A stretch of 64,000 nucleotides of DNA from an uncultured cyanobacterium (GTDB lineage Bacteria > Cyanobacteriota > Cyanobacteriia > Cyanobacteriales > Nostocaceae). The stretch lies in assembly GCA_963740315.1 (NCBI GenBank), contig CAVUDP010000001.1, positions 1,088,001 to 1,152,000 of the forward strand, read 5' to 3'. Positions 42,916 through 54,339 of this stretch are shown piece by piece. Under the pieces are notes generated by a model that did not search any database, was not told the origin of the DNA, and saw nothing but the letters and a program-made list of their open reading frames with translations. The position numbers and the translations under genes are program-made. Within the stretch, counting starts at the first letter, position 1; each line of letters starts with the position of its first letter.

Positions 42916-43902
42916 TCAAACACCGGAATGACCGAGTGCTATACCGGCAACTAACATTCCTAATACAAGAAATGGTTGGGCACTAGCCTGATATTTTACA
43001 TCGTTTTCTAAGGGGTCGCGCAAAAAATACATATCTTGCAAAGTGATTTGAGGTATTACTAACAACAGTAGTATTGCGGCGTACAAATTCTGATGCAGGT
43101 AAATTAAATATGCTGCGATCGCAACTTGAAAAATATCAATCATTCCGGCGCAAATCCAAGCTGCTTTTTGAACGCCAAAGACTACTGGTAAAGATTTCAA
43201 TCCAAATTGCTTATCACCTTCTACGCTCTTGAAGTCGTTAACAATGGCAATACCCAAGCCAGCCAAACTATATACAACGGTAAATACTACTACTTTCCAA
43301 TTTAGTTCGCCGAATAATGCATGACCAGTACACCAAGGAAAAGCAATGTAGCTTGCGCCAAGGGCATAACCACCCAACCAACCATTTTGTTTTAGCTTAA
43401 GTGGCGGCGCGGAATAAATATAGGCGATTATTATACCTAGTACGGCGATGACTGAAATTGTGGGAAACTGATTACCCGCCCATATATCCAAAGCGATCGC
43501 CAAACCCAACCCGGCAATCATTAATACCCAAATTTGCGTAATTACCTGGGGTAAAGGAATCGCACCGGAAGGAATCGGACGATAGGGTTCGTTGACTGCA
43601 TCAATTTCGCGATCGTAATATTCGTTTAAAGTTTGGGTATAACCTGCCAAGATTGGTCCTGCAAGCAACATACAAGCCGCCGACTTGAGAACGTTTTCCG
43701 TCTGCCAGGTATAGTTTCCCGAAGAAGCCGCACCGCAAACAACTCCCCAAATTAAGGGAATCCAGGTAATCGGCTTCATTAACTGCAAGCGGATTTTCCA
43801 TATAGAAGTTTCACCAGACGCTGCACCCTTCATTCCTAGCAACTGTCTGGTTTTGGCACTGCGATCGGCAGCTTCTGATTGTGATTTAGTTGATTCAGAC
43901 AT
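42916..43902 (-). CDS. chlG: Chlorophyll synthase
   Basis: RQLLGMKGA, MKPITWIPL, DREIDAVNEPYRPIPSG, NDFKSVEGD, KYQASAQPF. Confidence 0.97.
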   Translation of the reverse strand: MSESTKSQSEAADRSAKTRQLLGMKGAASGETSIWKIRLQLMKPITWIPLIWGVVCGAASSGNYTWQTENVLKSAACMLLAGPILAGYTQTLNEYYDREIDAVNEPYRPIPSGAIPLPQVITQIWVLMIAGLGLAIALDIWAGNQFPTISVIAVLGIIIAYIYSAPPLKLKQNGWLGGYALGASYIAFPWCTGHALFGELNWKVVVFTVVYSLAGLGIAIVNDFKSVEGDKQFGLKSLPVVFGVQKAAWICAGMIDIFQVAIAAYLIYLHQNLYAAILLLLVIPQITLQDMYFLRDPLENDVKYQASAQPFLVLGMLVAGIALGHSGV

Positions 43903-43997
43903 TTTTATATTTTGGGAATTGGGAAGAGAGATGGGGAGAGGGGGAAGAGAGATGGGGAGAGGGGGGAGATGGGGAGAGGGGGGAGATGGGGTGACTG

Positions 43998-44101
43998 GTT
44001 CCCAGTCTCTGGCTGGGAACCCTTATAAAGGAGGCTCTGCCTCCAGTAAAAGAGGAGAGGCAGAGCCTCTTAAAAGGCATTCCCAGCCAGAGACTGGGAA
44101 C
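43998..44101. mobile_element. MITE-like palindromic element, preceded by a purine-rich tract (about 43920-43992)
   Basis: 22-bp perfect terminal IR GTTCCCAGTCTCTGGCTGGGAA; inner 13-bp IR at 44031-43 and 44057-69. Confidence 0.7.
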
Positions 44102-44142
44102 GAGAAAACGAGAAAATGCCCCATGCCCTATGCCCCATTACT

Positions 44143-45240
44143 TTAAAACGAAATTATCAAATATTGGTTTTGAAATTTCGCACCGGCGACGGGTTTACCG
44201 CTGAGGGCTGGAGGTAGCAATATATTTCTTCTTTGATCCCCTGCTTCTATGGTGACTTCTGGTCCATACTGAGTTAGTTTGACTTGTTTTTTGTCAAATC
44301 CCGGTAAGAATAACTTCACCTGACGGGCGTTTGCGTCAATCTCGATGGGTTTGGGGGCAAGTTGTGTTTGTGCGGTAAAGTCTGGTAGAGCATCTACTAA
44401 TGGTTGCCAGTTACCTTCTTTAATATCTGGGATATTAGTAACTTGTAGGGGGGCAAAGTCTTGGGAATTGGAATTGCCGTCGGGAGAAATAATAATAACG
44501 CCACCAATAGTTAAACCCCCTTGTTGAGCGCTGCCCCAAAGATAACGACTTGTTACTACCTCGATGGGGTCAGAGGTTGTGACTAAGAAAGCGCTAAACT
44601 GTTTTGGGTCGGCAAGAACTTGTTTACCTTTATCCAAGATGCTATTAGCTTGGTTTGTAGGTTGAGAAAAATTATCTGCCGTGGGATTGACGTTAAGAAA
44701 GGTAGAAATTAACGGTTGGATGAAAGGCGAATCAGAGATTGTCCTTCCCAAATCCGAGTTGAGAAACAATTGCCGGAAGCGACGCACGTACCAACTGATA
44801 GTTTCGGGCATTCCCAACATCCGCAAAGTGTTTACATCACCCGTACCGTTGTAAACAATAACGTCATATTTGCCGCTCTCAAAATATTCGCGGATAGCAT
44901 TCAGTGCCAAAGCACCATCCATCCCAGGTAAGATTGATAACTCTTGCCCGTATACGTCTTTAAGAATAGGTGTTTTGAGATATTGCGCTTCCAGTTTCTT
45001 GACTTCTTCCCAATTGCGTTCCAACAATACGGAAGATTGAAACTGTACCGCTTGTAAATTAGCACCAATTTCTTGAGGATCTGGACCTAAATCCGCACCC
45101 AAAATAACAGGTAAAACGGGTTCGGCACCTGTTGCCAAAAGTACCCGTTTTCCTTGATTTGCAAGGGATTTAGCAGACGCGATCGCGATTTTACTTCGTG
45201 CCGCGCTACTTTCACCTAAAAAGGTCAATATCTGGGACAT
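44143..45240 (-). CDS. ArsA/Get3-like protein with an HSP20-like C-terminus (degenerate P-loop)
   Basis: ILTFLG, LPGMD, FLPGFDKKQVKL.Q.GPE..IEAGDQRRN; conserved neighbour of chlG. Confidence 0.87.
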   Translation of the reverse strand: MSQILTFLGESSAARSKIAIASAKSLANQGKRVLLATGAEPVLPVILGADLGPDPQEIGANLQAVQFQSSVLLERNWEEVKKLEAQYLKTPILKDVYGQELSILPGMDGALALNAIREYFESGKYDVIVYNGTGDVNTLRMLGMPETISWYVRRFRQLFLNSDLGRTISDSPFIQPLISTFLNVNPTADNFSQPTNQANSILDKGKQVLADPKQFSAFLVTTSDPIEVVTSRYLWGSAQQGGLTIGGVIIISPDGNSNSQDFAPLQVTNIPDIKEGNWQPLVDALPDFTAQTQLAPKPIEIDANARQVKLFLPGFDKKQVKLTQYGPEVTIEAGDQRRNILLPPALSGKPVAGAKFQNQYLIISF

Positions 45241-45311
45241 TTTCTAAATTCCAATTTCCGCTCTTACAATCAACTTTAAGTTAACAGCAGATTTATTTAA
45301 GACGCTTCCCT

Positions 45312-45509
45312 CTATTGCACTACTTTTAGTTCGTCTTCAAAAAACCAAGTGGCAGAATTGTCATCAAACTTTACCACCGCGCCAACACCCATACCATCAG
45401 TTAATTTAAAATCTTTGATGGTACCGACGAGTCCTAACTTTCCAGATGTATTTCTGGAAGATAAGCGATCGCGCAAACGAACTACTTTAACTTTTTGTCC
45501 TACTTCCAT
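45312..45509 (-). CDS. petP: Cytochrome b6f subunit PetP (DUF2862)
   Basis: GQKVKV.RLRDR, TDG.GVG.VV.F, TWFFEDEL. Confidence 0.85.
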   Translation of the reverse strand: MEVGQKVKVVRLRDRLSSRNTSGKLGLVGTIKDFKLTDGMGVGAVVKFDDNSATWFFEDELKVVQ

Positions 45510-45854
45510 GCCGAATTATAAATAATGCACTAAACCAAGACTCAGTTTAGCTGAATAAGGGACTTCTGGGGAAGATGGGGTGATGGGGTGATGGGGTGAT
45601 GGGGGGGAACAATTAGTAATTTCTTACTCGCTACTCCTAATTCTTCACTTGTAACTTAAATCCAAAATCCCTTCATACCCGATTCGTTGTATGATTACGG
45701 ATAAATTTTGTTTGTGAAAATGAGCATAAGTAATTTTGATAACCATTGCTTAAGAAATATTTCCTGTAAACAGTTGCTTACAAAGAAGAATGTGTAGGGT
45801 TTTTAACGGTTATTAATCAGATTTGACCGTTAATTGCGAATTGATAATTAAAGT

Positions 45855-46731
45855 GTGAGGAATCGAAAATCTATGCGAACAATGCAGTTATTAGACCGTA
45901 TTTCGGGTAGGTTGAGGCGTATTCTACCGATTGGCGATCGCTGGTGGACGAAGTTCGATTTGTTGAGAACTTTAGTTAGAAGAGATTTAGATGCGCGGTA
46001 CAAAGGTTCTGTTTTAGGTAATTTGTGGACATTAGTTAACCCGCTATCGCAATTACTGATTTACACTTACGTATTTTCCGTAATTTTAAAAGTCAAGTTA
46101 AGTCTTAAAGGCTTGCCAGTTAATGAAAATGTATCGTTCGGTTTGTGGCTGTTTGCAGGATTGCTTCCTTGGATTGCTTTTAGTACGGGCTTAAATCAAT
46201 CTGCCAGTTCGGTAATCGGTCAGCCAAATTTGGTCAAAAAAGTGGTATTTCCTTTGAGTTTACTACCTTTAGTACCGATTTTATCAGCTTTCGTCGAGAG
46301 TTCTTTCGGCTTGATGATGCTGATTTTTTTTGTAGCTTTATCTTCGGGTACCATACATACTACACTGGCGTTATTACCTTTAGTTTGGCTACCGCAGCTA
46401 CTACTTACAGCTGGATTGGGTTACTTGGCAGCAGGATTAACCGTATTTTTACGGGATATTCCGCAGACGTTAAATGTTATTCTTAATATTTGGTTTTACG
46501 CAACACCCATAGTTTACCCAGCAACATCAATTCCCGAAAGTTGGCGAAACTGGATATTATGGTTAAATCCACTAGCGGCGATCGCAGAAGTTTACCGCGA
46601 CTTTGTTTTAACAGGGGAGGTGAAGCATTGGGGCGAGTTGGGAGTAGCTTTTACTATATCGGTAATTGTGTTTATTTGTCGGTTTGTTGGTATACAGAAA
46701 ATTACGTCCGGCTTTTGCGGATGTGTTGTGA
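45855..46731 (+). CDS. wzm: ABC-2 polysaccharide permease Wzm, with a +1 frameshift near 46675
   Basis: RYKGSVLG..W, NLVKKVVFP, LNPL; canonical end VGLLVYRKLRPAFADVL* lies in the +1 frame with stop at 46729-31. Confidence 0.8.
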
Positions 46732-46900
46732 GTTGGTATTTACATAATTTTCATACAAAGATTCATTTTGTCCCGATAAAGCACTTTTAATATCGTTAGT
46801 GATTGTAGTTATAAATACAGTAGAAAATATAGTAGTTAAAATTACATAGGTAATAATTGCCAGAGATTGTTTAAGTAATATTGTGTAGTGGTGTTTAAGT

Positions 46901-47707
46901 ATGAGGTTGGCGCTTAAAAATAACCGAAGGATGCAGGGATTTCAGCGCTACTGGGAGTTGCTACAAGTTTTAGTTAGTCGCAACTTAAAGGTGCGTTACC
47001 GTGGTTCTTTTTTAGGAGTTTATTGGTCATTATTAAATCCGTTAATAATGACAGGGTTGTATACAGCAATTTTTGGTGCAGCGTTTGCATCTTATTACAA
47101 CGACTCAATTTTAAAATACGTTCTAGCAGCATTCACTGGGCTTGTAGTAATTAACTTTTTCTCAGCTTCCACATCGCAAGCATTATCTAGCGTAGTCGGT
47201 AATGGAGTTTTATTAAATAAAATCCAGTTACCAATTAGCATTTTTCCGGTGTCAATGATTGCAGGAAATGTTTTTCAGTTTATGGTAGGAACCCTACCGT
47301 TACTGGCAATAATGACTTTAATAAATTCTAAGAACCTGATTAATGTTGTTGCGCTGTTATTTCCATTTCTAGCACTAGTTTTTGTTTGTATGGGAGTAGG
47401 TTTTTTAGTCAGTGCTTTGTATGTATTTTTCCGAGATTTACCTTATTTTTACGAGTTAATGGTATTTGTAATATGGGTTAGCAGCCCAATATTTTATCCT
47501 GCGGCTATTGTTCCAGATCAAGTCAAACCTTTTTTAGCTTTGAATCCCTTATCCCCTATTATTGAAAGTTTGCGACAAATTGCATTATCACAAACGCTTC
47601 CAGATTTTTTGTTAATTGGGGATGCTCTTTTAAGGGGTGTAATTATGTTAGTTTTAGGATTAGTTTGTTTTAGCTGGTGGCGTTCTCGGTTTATGGATTT
47701 ACTGTAG
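46901..47707 (+). CDS. wzm: Second ABC-2 permease Wzm
   Basis: KVRYRGSFLGVYWSLLNPL, FFRDL, LNPL, FMDLL. Confidence 0.9.
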   Translation: MRLALKNNRRMQGFQRYWELLQVLVSRNLKVRYRGSFLGVYWSLLNPLIMTGLYTAIFGAAFASYYNDSILKYVLAAFTGLVVINFFSASTSQALSSVVGNGVLLNKIQLPISIFPVSMIAGNVFQFMVGTLPLLAIMTLINSKNLINVVALLFPFLALVFVCMGVGFLVSALYVFFRDLPYFYELMVFVIWVSSPIFYPAAIVPDQVKPFLALNPLSPIIESLRQIALSQTLPDFLLIGDALLRGVIMLVLGLVCFSWWRSRFMDLL

Positions 47708-47711
47708 ACAA

Positions 47712-48449
47712 ATGGAAGTAATTCGCCTAGATAGAGTTTGTTTATGGCGACGAACGCAAGAGGAGTTTTCCTACGACCTCAAAAAGACACTATTGTCAAT
47801 ATTAGAGGGGAAATATCGCCAGCCTGCCAGGAATTTGGTGTTAGAAAGAATTGATTTGGTAGTAAATAGAGGAGAAAAAATAGGTATTATTGGTGGTAAT
47901 GGAGCAGGTAAATCAACTTTATTAAAAGTTATCTGTAGGATTTTGAAACCTACAAGTGGAAGTGTAAGAGTGACTGGAAATATTGCACCTTTGATTGAGT
48001 TGGGTGCAGGATTTGATGGTGATATTTCGGTAATAGATAATATCATTTTGTATGGTGTACTGCTTGGATTCTCTCGTAATGAAATGCGAAAACGAGTACC
48101 AGAAATTTTAGAATTTGCAGAATTAGAAGATTATGCATTAGTTCCAGTCAAAGCTTTGTCTTCTGGTATGGTAGCGCGGTTGGGATTTTCTATTGCAACA
48201 GATGTTCAACCGGATATTTTGATATTGGATGAGGTGTTATCGGTAGGAGATGAAAGTTTTAAAAATAAGTGTAAGCAAAGAATTGATAATTTTTGGGATA
48301 ATAATGCTACGGTTTTAGTGGTTTCCCATGATTTGAGTTTTATCAAGGAATATTGTGAAAAGGCAGTGTGGCTAGATAAGGGACAAATTAAATATATAAG
48401 TTTTGCAGAAGAAGTAGTAGATTGTTATTTACAATCATTACAAGTATAA
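47712..48449 (+). CDS. wzt: Wzt ATPase without a C-terminal carbohydrate-binding domain
   Basis: GGNGAGKST, LSSGMVARL, DEVLSVGD, VSHD; 245 aa. Confidence 0.9.
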   Translation: MEVIRLDRVCLWRRTQEEFSYDLKKTLLSILEGKYRQPARNLVLERIDLVVNRGEKIGIIGGNGAGKSTLLKVICRILKPTSGSVRVTGNIAPLIELGAGFDGDISVIDNIILYGVLLGFSRNEMRKRVPEILEFAELEDYALVPVKALSSGMVARLGFSIATDVQPDILILDEVLSVGDESFKNKCKQRIDNFWDNNATVLVVSHDLSFIKEYCEKAVWLDKGQIKYISFAEEVVDCYLQSLQV

Positions 48450-48568
48450 ATTATATTCCATCTGATTGATAATAACTAAAACTTATGAAAAATAATTTGA
48501 ATATTTCTGGTAAAAATGGTTGAATAATTTCGGTATTTTATTTCAATGACTAAGTTATATACATAAAT

Positions 48569-49768
48569 ATGAATGATACGAAACTGCCAATATATTTTGC
48601 TTACGCACGTTCTGGAGGGACTCTACTAAATCGCTGTTTAGCAAGCATTTCTGAAAACTTTGTACTTTCAGAAGTAAATCCTCATGCTTCAGTTACTCCA
48701 ATAGAGATACAGGCTCGTGACTGGTTAAGATTAGTTTCACAAGAAAATTATTTTGAGTTTGCTAATCAGAATTATGTTGGTAAAATACAATATTTAGTAG
48801 AGAAAATACGTGAAAATAATAATTTTTTAATAGTACGTGATTGGGTAACTTTAAATTTTTTACCTGGAGTTATTCCTCCATATACCCCTAGCATGATTTT
48901 AGAGTCATCTTTATATTTTGAAAGACATGGAATGGAAATTAATCCTATTGTATTTGTACGCCGAAGTGCTGAAGTATATGAATCAATAACACGTACATTT
49001 AATCGATTTAAAAAATTATCCGTGCAAGAATTTGGTTATTTCTATTTAGCTTATGCAAAAGCTGTTTGTAGTTATCCAATATTTCATTACGATCAATTTT
49101 GTCAAAATCCTGAGAGTGAATTAAAACGAATATGTACTACATTGGGAGTGAATTATGATGATAATTTTCTTAAAAGCTTTTTCAATTTTAACTACTGTAC
49201 GGGAGATAGTAACCCAGATTTAAATTCAAGAGGATATGCATTAAAAAACATAAAAACTATGCCAACGCATAATAATTCTGAGCAATATATTGCTGCAAGT
49301 TTGGATGTAAATTGTCAAAAAGCTGACCAAATACTAGGTTTTCCAGAAATAAAAACTGAAGAAAAATTTGAGAATATTTGGAAATTAGTTCAAAGCCGCA
49401 ATCTGGCTTTAAAACAGACAAAAACGAAATTTGATAAAGTTTGTTTTGAGCTAGAACAAACTCAAATAAACCAAGAAAAATCACAACAATTACTAGAGCA
49501 AACTCAGACAGAGTTAGAGTCTTCGCAACAACAACTACAACAAACTCAGATAAACCAAGAAAAATCGCAACTAGTACTGCTACAAACTCAGACAGAGTTA
49601 AATAATTCGCAGCAACAATTAAAACAAACTCAGATAGAGTTAGAAAATTCACAACTACAACTTCAACAAGTTCAGCTTGAGGTGTGTGCAATGAAAAGCA
49701 GTAAGTTCTGGCAGCTAAGAAGATTGTGGTTTAAATGTAAAAGGCTTCTGATAACAGATGCTAAATGA
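48569..49768 (+). CDS. Sulfotransferase-like protein with a Gln-rich coiled coil
   Basis: ARSGGTLL 5'-PSB-like motif, VRR...YES, FCQNPE; QTQ heptads; C-terminal SSKFW motif. Confidence 0.65.
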   Translation: MNDTKLPIYFAYARSGGTLLNRCLASISENFVLSEVNPHASVTPIEIQARDWLRLVSQENYFEFANQNYVGKIQYLVEKIRENNNFLIVRDWVTLNFLPGVIPPYTPSMILESSLYFERHGMEINPIVFVRRSAEVYESITRTFNRFKKLSVQEFGYFYLAYAKAVCSYPIFHYDQFCQNPESELKRICTTLGVNYDDNFLKSFFNFNYCTGDSNPDLNSRGYALKNIKTMPTHNNSEQYIAASLDVNCQKADQILGFPEIKTEEKFENIWKLVQSRNLALKQTKTKFDKVCFELEQTQINQEKSQQLLEQTQTELESSQQQLQQTQINQEKSQLVLLQTQTELNNSQQQLKQTQIELENSQLQLQQVQLEVCAMKSSKFWQLRRLWFKCKRLLITDAK

Positions 49769-49915
49769 AGAATATTTAGAAGTTGATTATTTCTTTAAAA
49801 GATATTAGCCACAAAAATATATAGCGATAGCTTTTTAATTTCCAAAACCATAGAAAAACAGCAATAATATTTGTTTGCTAAGCAATATCGTTCAAGAGTA
49901 TTAAATCAAATTTAG

Positions 49916-51877
49916 GTGAGGGTATTTATGATGAGAATTGCGATTCACAATGAATTTTTCGGAGAAATTTGTGCCGAAACAGAGTTATCTGAAAGATTAT
50001 GCTTGGCAGCAAAAAACCTGGGTTGGGAAGCTATTGAAGTTGGTTCATCTTCTAATATAAAGGAAATTCAACCAGATTTTGTATTAGTACTTCACTACAA
50101 AACGCCGAAATTAACAGGATTTCCTACCTACGGATGTATGTGGAATCCTCCTCATTTCTTTGAACAGTATGAAAAAGCAATCAAACAAGAAAAAGTAAAA
50201 GAAAATATACTGAGTTACGATGGCTACCTTTCCTCTTCATCTCAAATTAATACTTGGTTAAAAGATATATTATATGGAACTAATAAAAAATGTTTTATTG
50301 CACCATTTTATACTAGCTGCCACAAAACTAGTTATCAAGAACCATTGCTAGAAAATCCCCATTTAGTCTATATAGGAATTAATTGGGATGATTCTCGCTT
50401 TAAAGAACTATTTCAAGATTTAGATACTAAAGAATATATGGAAATTTATGGTCCAACACATGCTTGGACATATTTAAATAGTGCATATAAAGGTTCAATT
50501 CCATTTGATGGTGTTAGTGTTTTAAATATTTTGAATAAAGCGGGTTTGGGATTGTGCTTGCATAAAGAAGAACACCGTAAAGCGGCAGTACCATCTATGA
50601 GAATATTTGAGATTGTAGCATCTGGTGCTGTAGCAATCTGTGAAGAACATCCTTTTATCAAAGAAGCCTTTGGAAACTCTGTGTTTTATCTAGATTCCAA
50701 TTTAAGCCCTTCAGAAAAAGTTGTTCAGATATCTCGATATGTGCGATGGATTAAAAATCATCAGCAAGAAGCTCGTGAGATGTCAGCGTCAGCTCACAAA
50801 ATTTTTACTGAAAAGTATAGTTTTGAAAATTTATTATTATCGATAGTTCCAGAACATCAAAAATTAATTAGAGAAAAAGGTTTTGTAAAAATCGTAGATT
50901 CTTCTAAGCTAAGTGACGAGCTTAATGAAAAGCGTGTTGAAATAATAGTAAGAACGGGAGACAGAGATGCAAAAATGCTTAAACGCTGTTTAGATAGTAT
51001 TGCAAATCAGACTTATAACAATATAGGTATTATTATAGTTAATTACAGAAAATTAGAATATTTAGATAACTTAGTAAAACAATATGAAGATAAATTATCA
51101 ATAAAAGTCATTAATTCAAAATTTTCTGGCTTTAGAAGCACTCAATTAATAGCAGGTATTAATGCTGTCACCTCAGAATATTTTGGAATATTAGACGATG
51201 ATGATTTGATTCACCCTAACCACATATATTCTTTAATCTCCCTGCTGAAAAAATATGAGGATAGGGGAGTTGCTTATTCAGGCTCAATTCGAGCCTGGGA
51301 AGCAGACAGAAGTGAAAGAAACGAGATCGACATACAAGAATTAATTCAGGAAAAAGCAGAACTGGCATTTTTTGAGCCATTTGATATTAATAAACTTTTG
51401 ATTCTGGATAATTTTATAGTATCTAATAGTTTCGTTGCAAGAACTTCTTTAATCGATGAAAATTGCAAAAAAGATCCAGAGCTAAAAGTTGCAGAGGATA
51501 TGTTTTTATTGTTGAATTTGTGTAGTAAAACCAAATTTATTTTTAGTTATGAAGTAACTTGTGAGTTTTATTGGAGAAACTCAAAGCAAGATAATTCTAC
51601 GTTTGAAGATAATGTGATTTGGGAAGAAAGTGCAAAGCGTTTAAAGAATATGTTTTGGAAAAAAAGTTTTCCATCTTCAGGAGATTTTATTTCTAGTATC
51701 GAAGTTAATTCAAACTTTAATTCTGAAAATGTAGATATTAAAGAATTACATTTACAACTTGAATACAGCCGAATAATTATTGAAGCAATGAAAAGTAGTA
51801 AATTTTGGAAAATTAGAAATAATTGGTTTCGTTTAAAAAAAGCGCTAAAAATTCCAACTAAAGACCAGTTAATTTGA
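49916..51877 (+). CDS. Two-domain glycosyltransferase (GT-B-like plus GT2)
   Basis: SMRIFEIVASG, LDSIANQTY, LDDDD, EDM. Confidence 0.82.
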   Translation: MRVFMMRIAIHNEFFGEICAETELSERLCLAAKNLGWEAIEVGSSSNIKEIQPDFVLVLHYKTPKLTGFPTYGCMWNPPHFFEQYEKAIKQEKVKENILSYDGYLSSSSQINTWLKDILYGTNKKCFIAPFYTSCHKTSYQEPLLENPHLVYIGINWDDSRFKELFQDLDTKEYMEIYGPTHAWTYLNSAYKGSIPFDGVSVLNILNKAGLGLCLHKEEHRKAAVPSMRIFEIVASGAVAICEEHPFIKEAFGNSVFYLDSNLSPSEKVVQISRYVRWIKNHQQEAREMSASAHKIFTEKYSFENLLLSIVPEHQKLIREKGFVKIVDSSKLSDELNEKRVEIIVRTGDRDAKMLKRCLDSIANQTYNNIGIIIVNYRKLEYLDNLVKQYEDKLSIKVINSKFSGFRSTQLIAGINAVTSEYFGILDDDDLIHPNHIYSLISLLKKYEDRGVAYSGSIRAWEADRSERNEIDIQELIQEKAELAFFEPFDINKLLILDNFIVSNSFVARTSLIDENCKKDPELKVAEDMFLLLNLCSKTKFIFSYEVTCEFYWRNSKQDNSTFEDNVIWEESAKRLKNMFWKKSFPSSGDFISSIEVNSNFNSENVDIKELHLQLEYSRIIIEAMKSSKFWKIRNNWFRLKKALKIPTKDQLI

Positions 51878-52063
51878 AGAAATATTTAAGTAGTAAATGA
51901 ATACAGTTTCAAATTTATTTCATCTTGCATCATTCTTAAATGGGAAAAGTTTGACTTTTGGCTATCTCGAATCCAATTAGAAAGGGAGTGGAACTTATTC
52001 CATCAATCATGTTGCTTTACAGAAAGCTTTTAATAATTTCAACATATCACATAAAGAGAATAT

Positions 52064-53865
52064 ATGAAATTAGATTTTATTTTACAAAAATTGAATAAAA
52101 TAATTTTAAAATTGAAACAAAAAGGAACCAAAAAATTCATATTTTATTTATTTAATAAGATAGGTTTTAATCATAAAAACAAAATAAAATATCAAAGATA
52201 TATAGTTAAAAATACATTAGCAAAAGAAGATATTGTTAATTCTCGAAATCAAATCAAACACTGGAAGCTGAAACCGAAATTTTCAGTAATTATCCCTGTC
52301 TATAATGTGGAAACTCAATGGTTAGAAAAAGCTATTGAATCTGTTCGCAATCAAATCTACGATAATTGGGAAATTTGTATTGCTGATGATGCATCTCCTA
52401 AAAGTGATATTCGTTCTGTACTAAATAAATACAGTCAACTTGACTGCCGTATAAAAGTTATATTTCGTAAACAAAATGGCAACATTTCTGCTGCAAGTAA
52501 CTCTGCTTTAGAGTTAGTAACAGGAGATTATATTGCACTTTTAGACCATGATGATGAATTAGCAATTGATGCTTTATTTGAAAATGCTAAATTAATTAAT
52601 CTTCATCCAGATGCAGATTTTATCTACAGTGACGAAGATAAAATAGATACTAATGGTAAACGCTTTAATCCATTTTTTAAACCAGATTGGTCGCCGGAGT
52701 ACTTTTATTCATGTATGTATACCTGCCATTTAGGTGTTTACAGAACTAGCATTATCCAGGAAATAGGTGGTTTCCGAAGTGAATATGACGGTTCGCAAGA
52801 TTATGACATTTTGTGTTACGAGTCGTCGAAAAGACTAAAAATATCTATCATATACCGAAAATTCTTTATCACTGGCGCACAATAACATCTTCAGCAGCAT
52901 CTGGGGCGGAAGCAAAACCTTGGGCTTATATTGCAGGTCAAAAAGCGCTGCAAGCTATGTTGGAACGTAGTTCTTATCCTGGATATGTAACACAAACAGA
53001 AAACCCAGGTATTTATAGAGTTAGACGTGATATCGTTGGGCAACCTTTAATCAGTATAATTATTACCAATACTTCTAACATAATAAATAATACTCATGCT
53101 TCCTTATCTTCTTTAGAAAATTGTATTCGGAGCATTAAAGAGCTAACTACCTATAATAATTACGAAATTATAGTAGCTACCAGTTTAGATTTGCCGAAAA
53201 CAACTTTAGAAAATATTGCTGCTTGTAATCTACAAATAGTTAAATGTAGTGAATCGTCTAACATTTCAATACGAATTAATGCAGGTACGGCTCAAGCCAA
53301 AGGAGAATTTTTACTGTTGTTAAATGAGAATACAGAAGTAATTACTCCTGAATGGCTCCAATCAATGTTAGAACTTGCACAGCAAACAGAAATTGGTGCG
53401 GTAGGGGCAAAACTTTTATCTCCGAATAAAACAGTACAGCACGTAGGAATAATAATCCTTGAAGGAAATCCTTATCATGCTTTTAACGGTTTTGATGCCG
53501 ATGATGCGGGTTATCATTGCTCAAATATTGTTAATAAAAATTACTTGGCTGTAAGTAGTGCTTGTTTAATGATAAGACAGAAATTATTCCAGGAACTAGG
53601 AAAAATCGATGAAAATTTTTCATTTTACTACTACGATATAGATTTATGTTTAAAAGCTCATCAGACAGGATATAGAAATATCGTCACACCTTATGCTCAA
53701 CTAATTTACAACGAATCAGCTAGTTACGATAAAGCTTTTAAAGCTCAAGAATTGTCAAAATTGCACAAGAGATGGAATAAGTATTTTCATGATTTGAGAA
53801 GTGACCCTTATTATAATATAAATCTAAGTAGTAAATCGGCTAATTTTGAAATTTTTGAAATTTAG
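52064..53865 (+). pseudogene. Double-GT2 glycosyltransferase split by a frameshift near 52810 (real or sequencing error)
   Basis: ORFs 52064-52885 and 52813-53865 join at SQDYD|.VLRVVEK...HIPKILYHWR. Confidence 0.8.
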
Positions 53866-53944
53866 TACCATGTAAAAGTAAAATCTCAGAATTTTGGTCT
53901 TTGCCAGATATTGATTCTTGAGATAAAAGAAGAACAAGTAAAAC

Positions 53945-53978
53945 AAGCGCGATACTCTAGCTAAACAGCATCGCGCTT
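53945..53978 (+). terminator. Hairpin after the glycosyltransferase
   Basis: AAGCGCGAT...ATCGCGCTT. Confidence 0.5.
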
Positions 53979-54339
53979 TATCACATTTGAAAAATTTTAA
54001 AAATACTGTTACATTTTTAGCTACAATCAGATATTAGCTTAGTAGTAAAAACTTTAGTTATTAAAGAAAAGCCAACACGGCGCTTGCTATAAATATTTCA
54101 GTCTACTTTAGTAGATTTTGTGTATAAGCCTGGGAATTTATTCCAAGGCGGTTATAAGCACTCCCGCAAGATTAATTTTTAATATTTATCGAACAATTCG
54201 GCAATTTGGCAACTTAAATAAAATAAAACTATCTACAATCGACTGGAATAAATAGAAAACTGGCATCACAGCAGCATCTTAACCAGCTTCAAACAGGGTA
54301 ATAAGTTAACTTGCCGGTTTTTATAATAAGTAGCCTTCA

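Noticed and set aside
43853..44146. ORFs 43853-44146 (+) and 43895-44080 (-)
   Set aside because: Translations of a purine-rich repeat and a palindromic element
49257..49691. 144-aa repetitive antisense ORF
   Set aside because: Shadow of the Gln-rich coiled-coil repeats on the opposite strand
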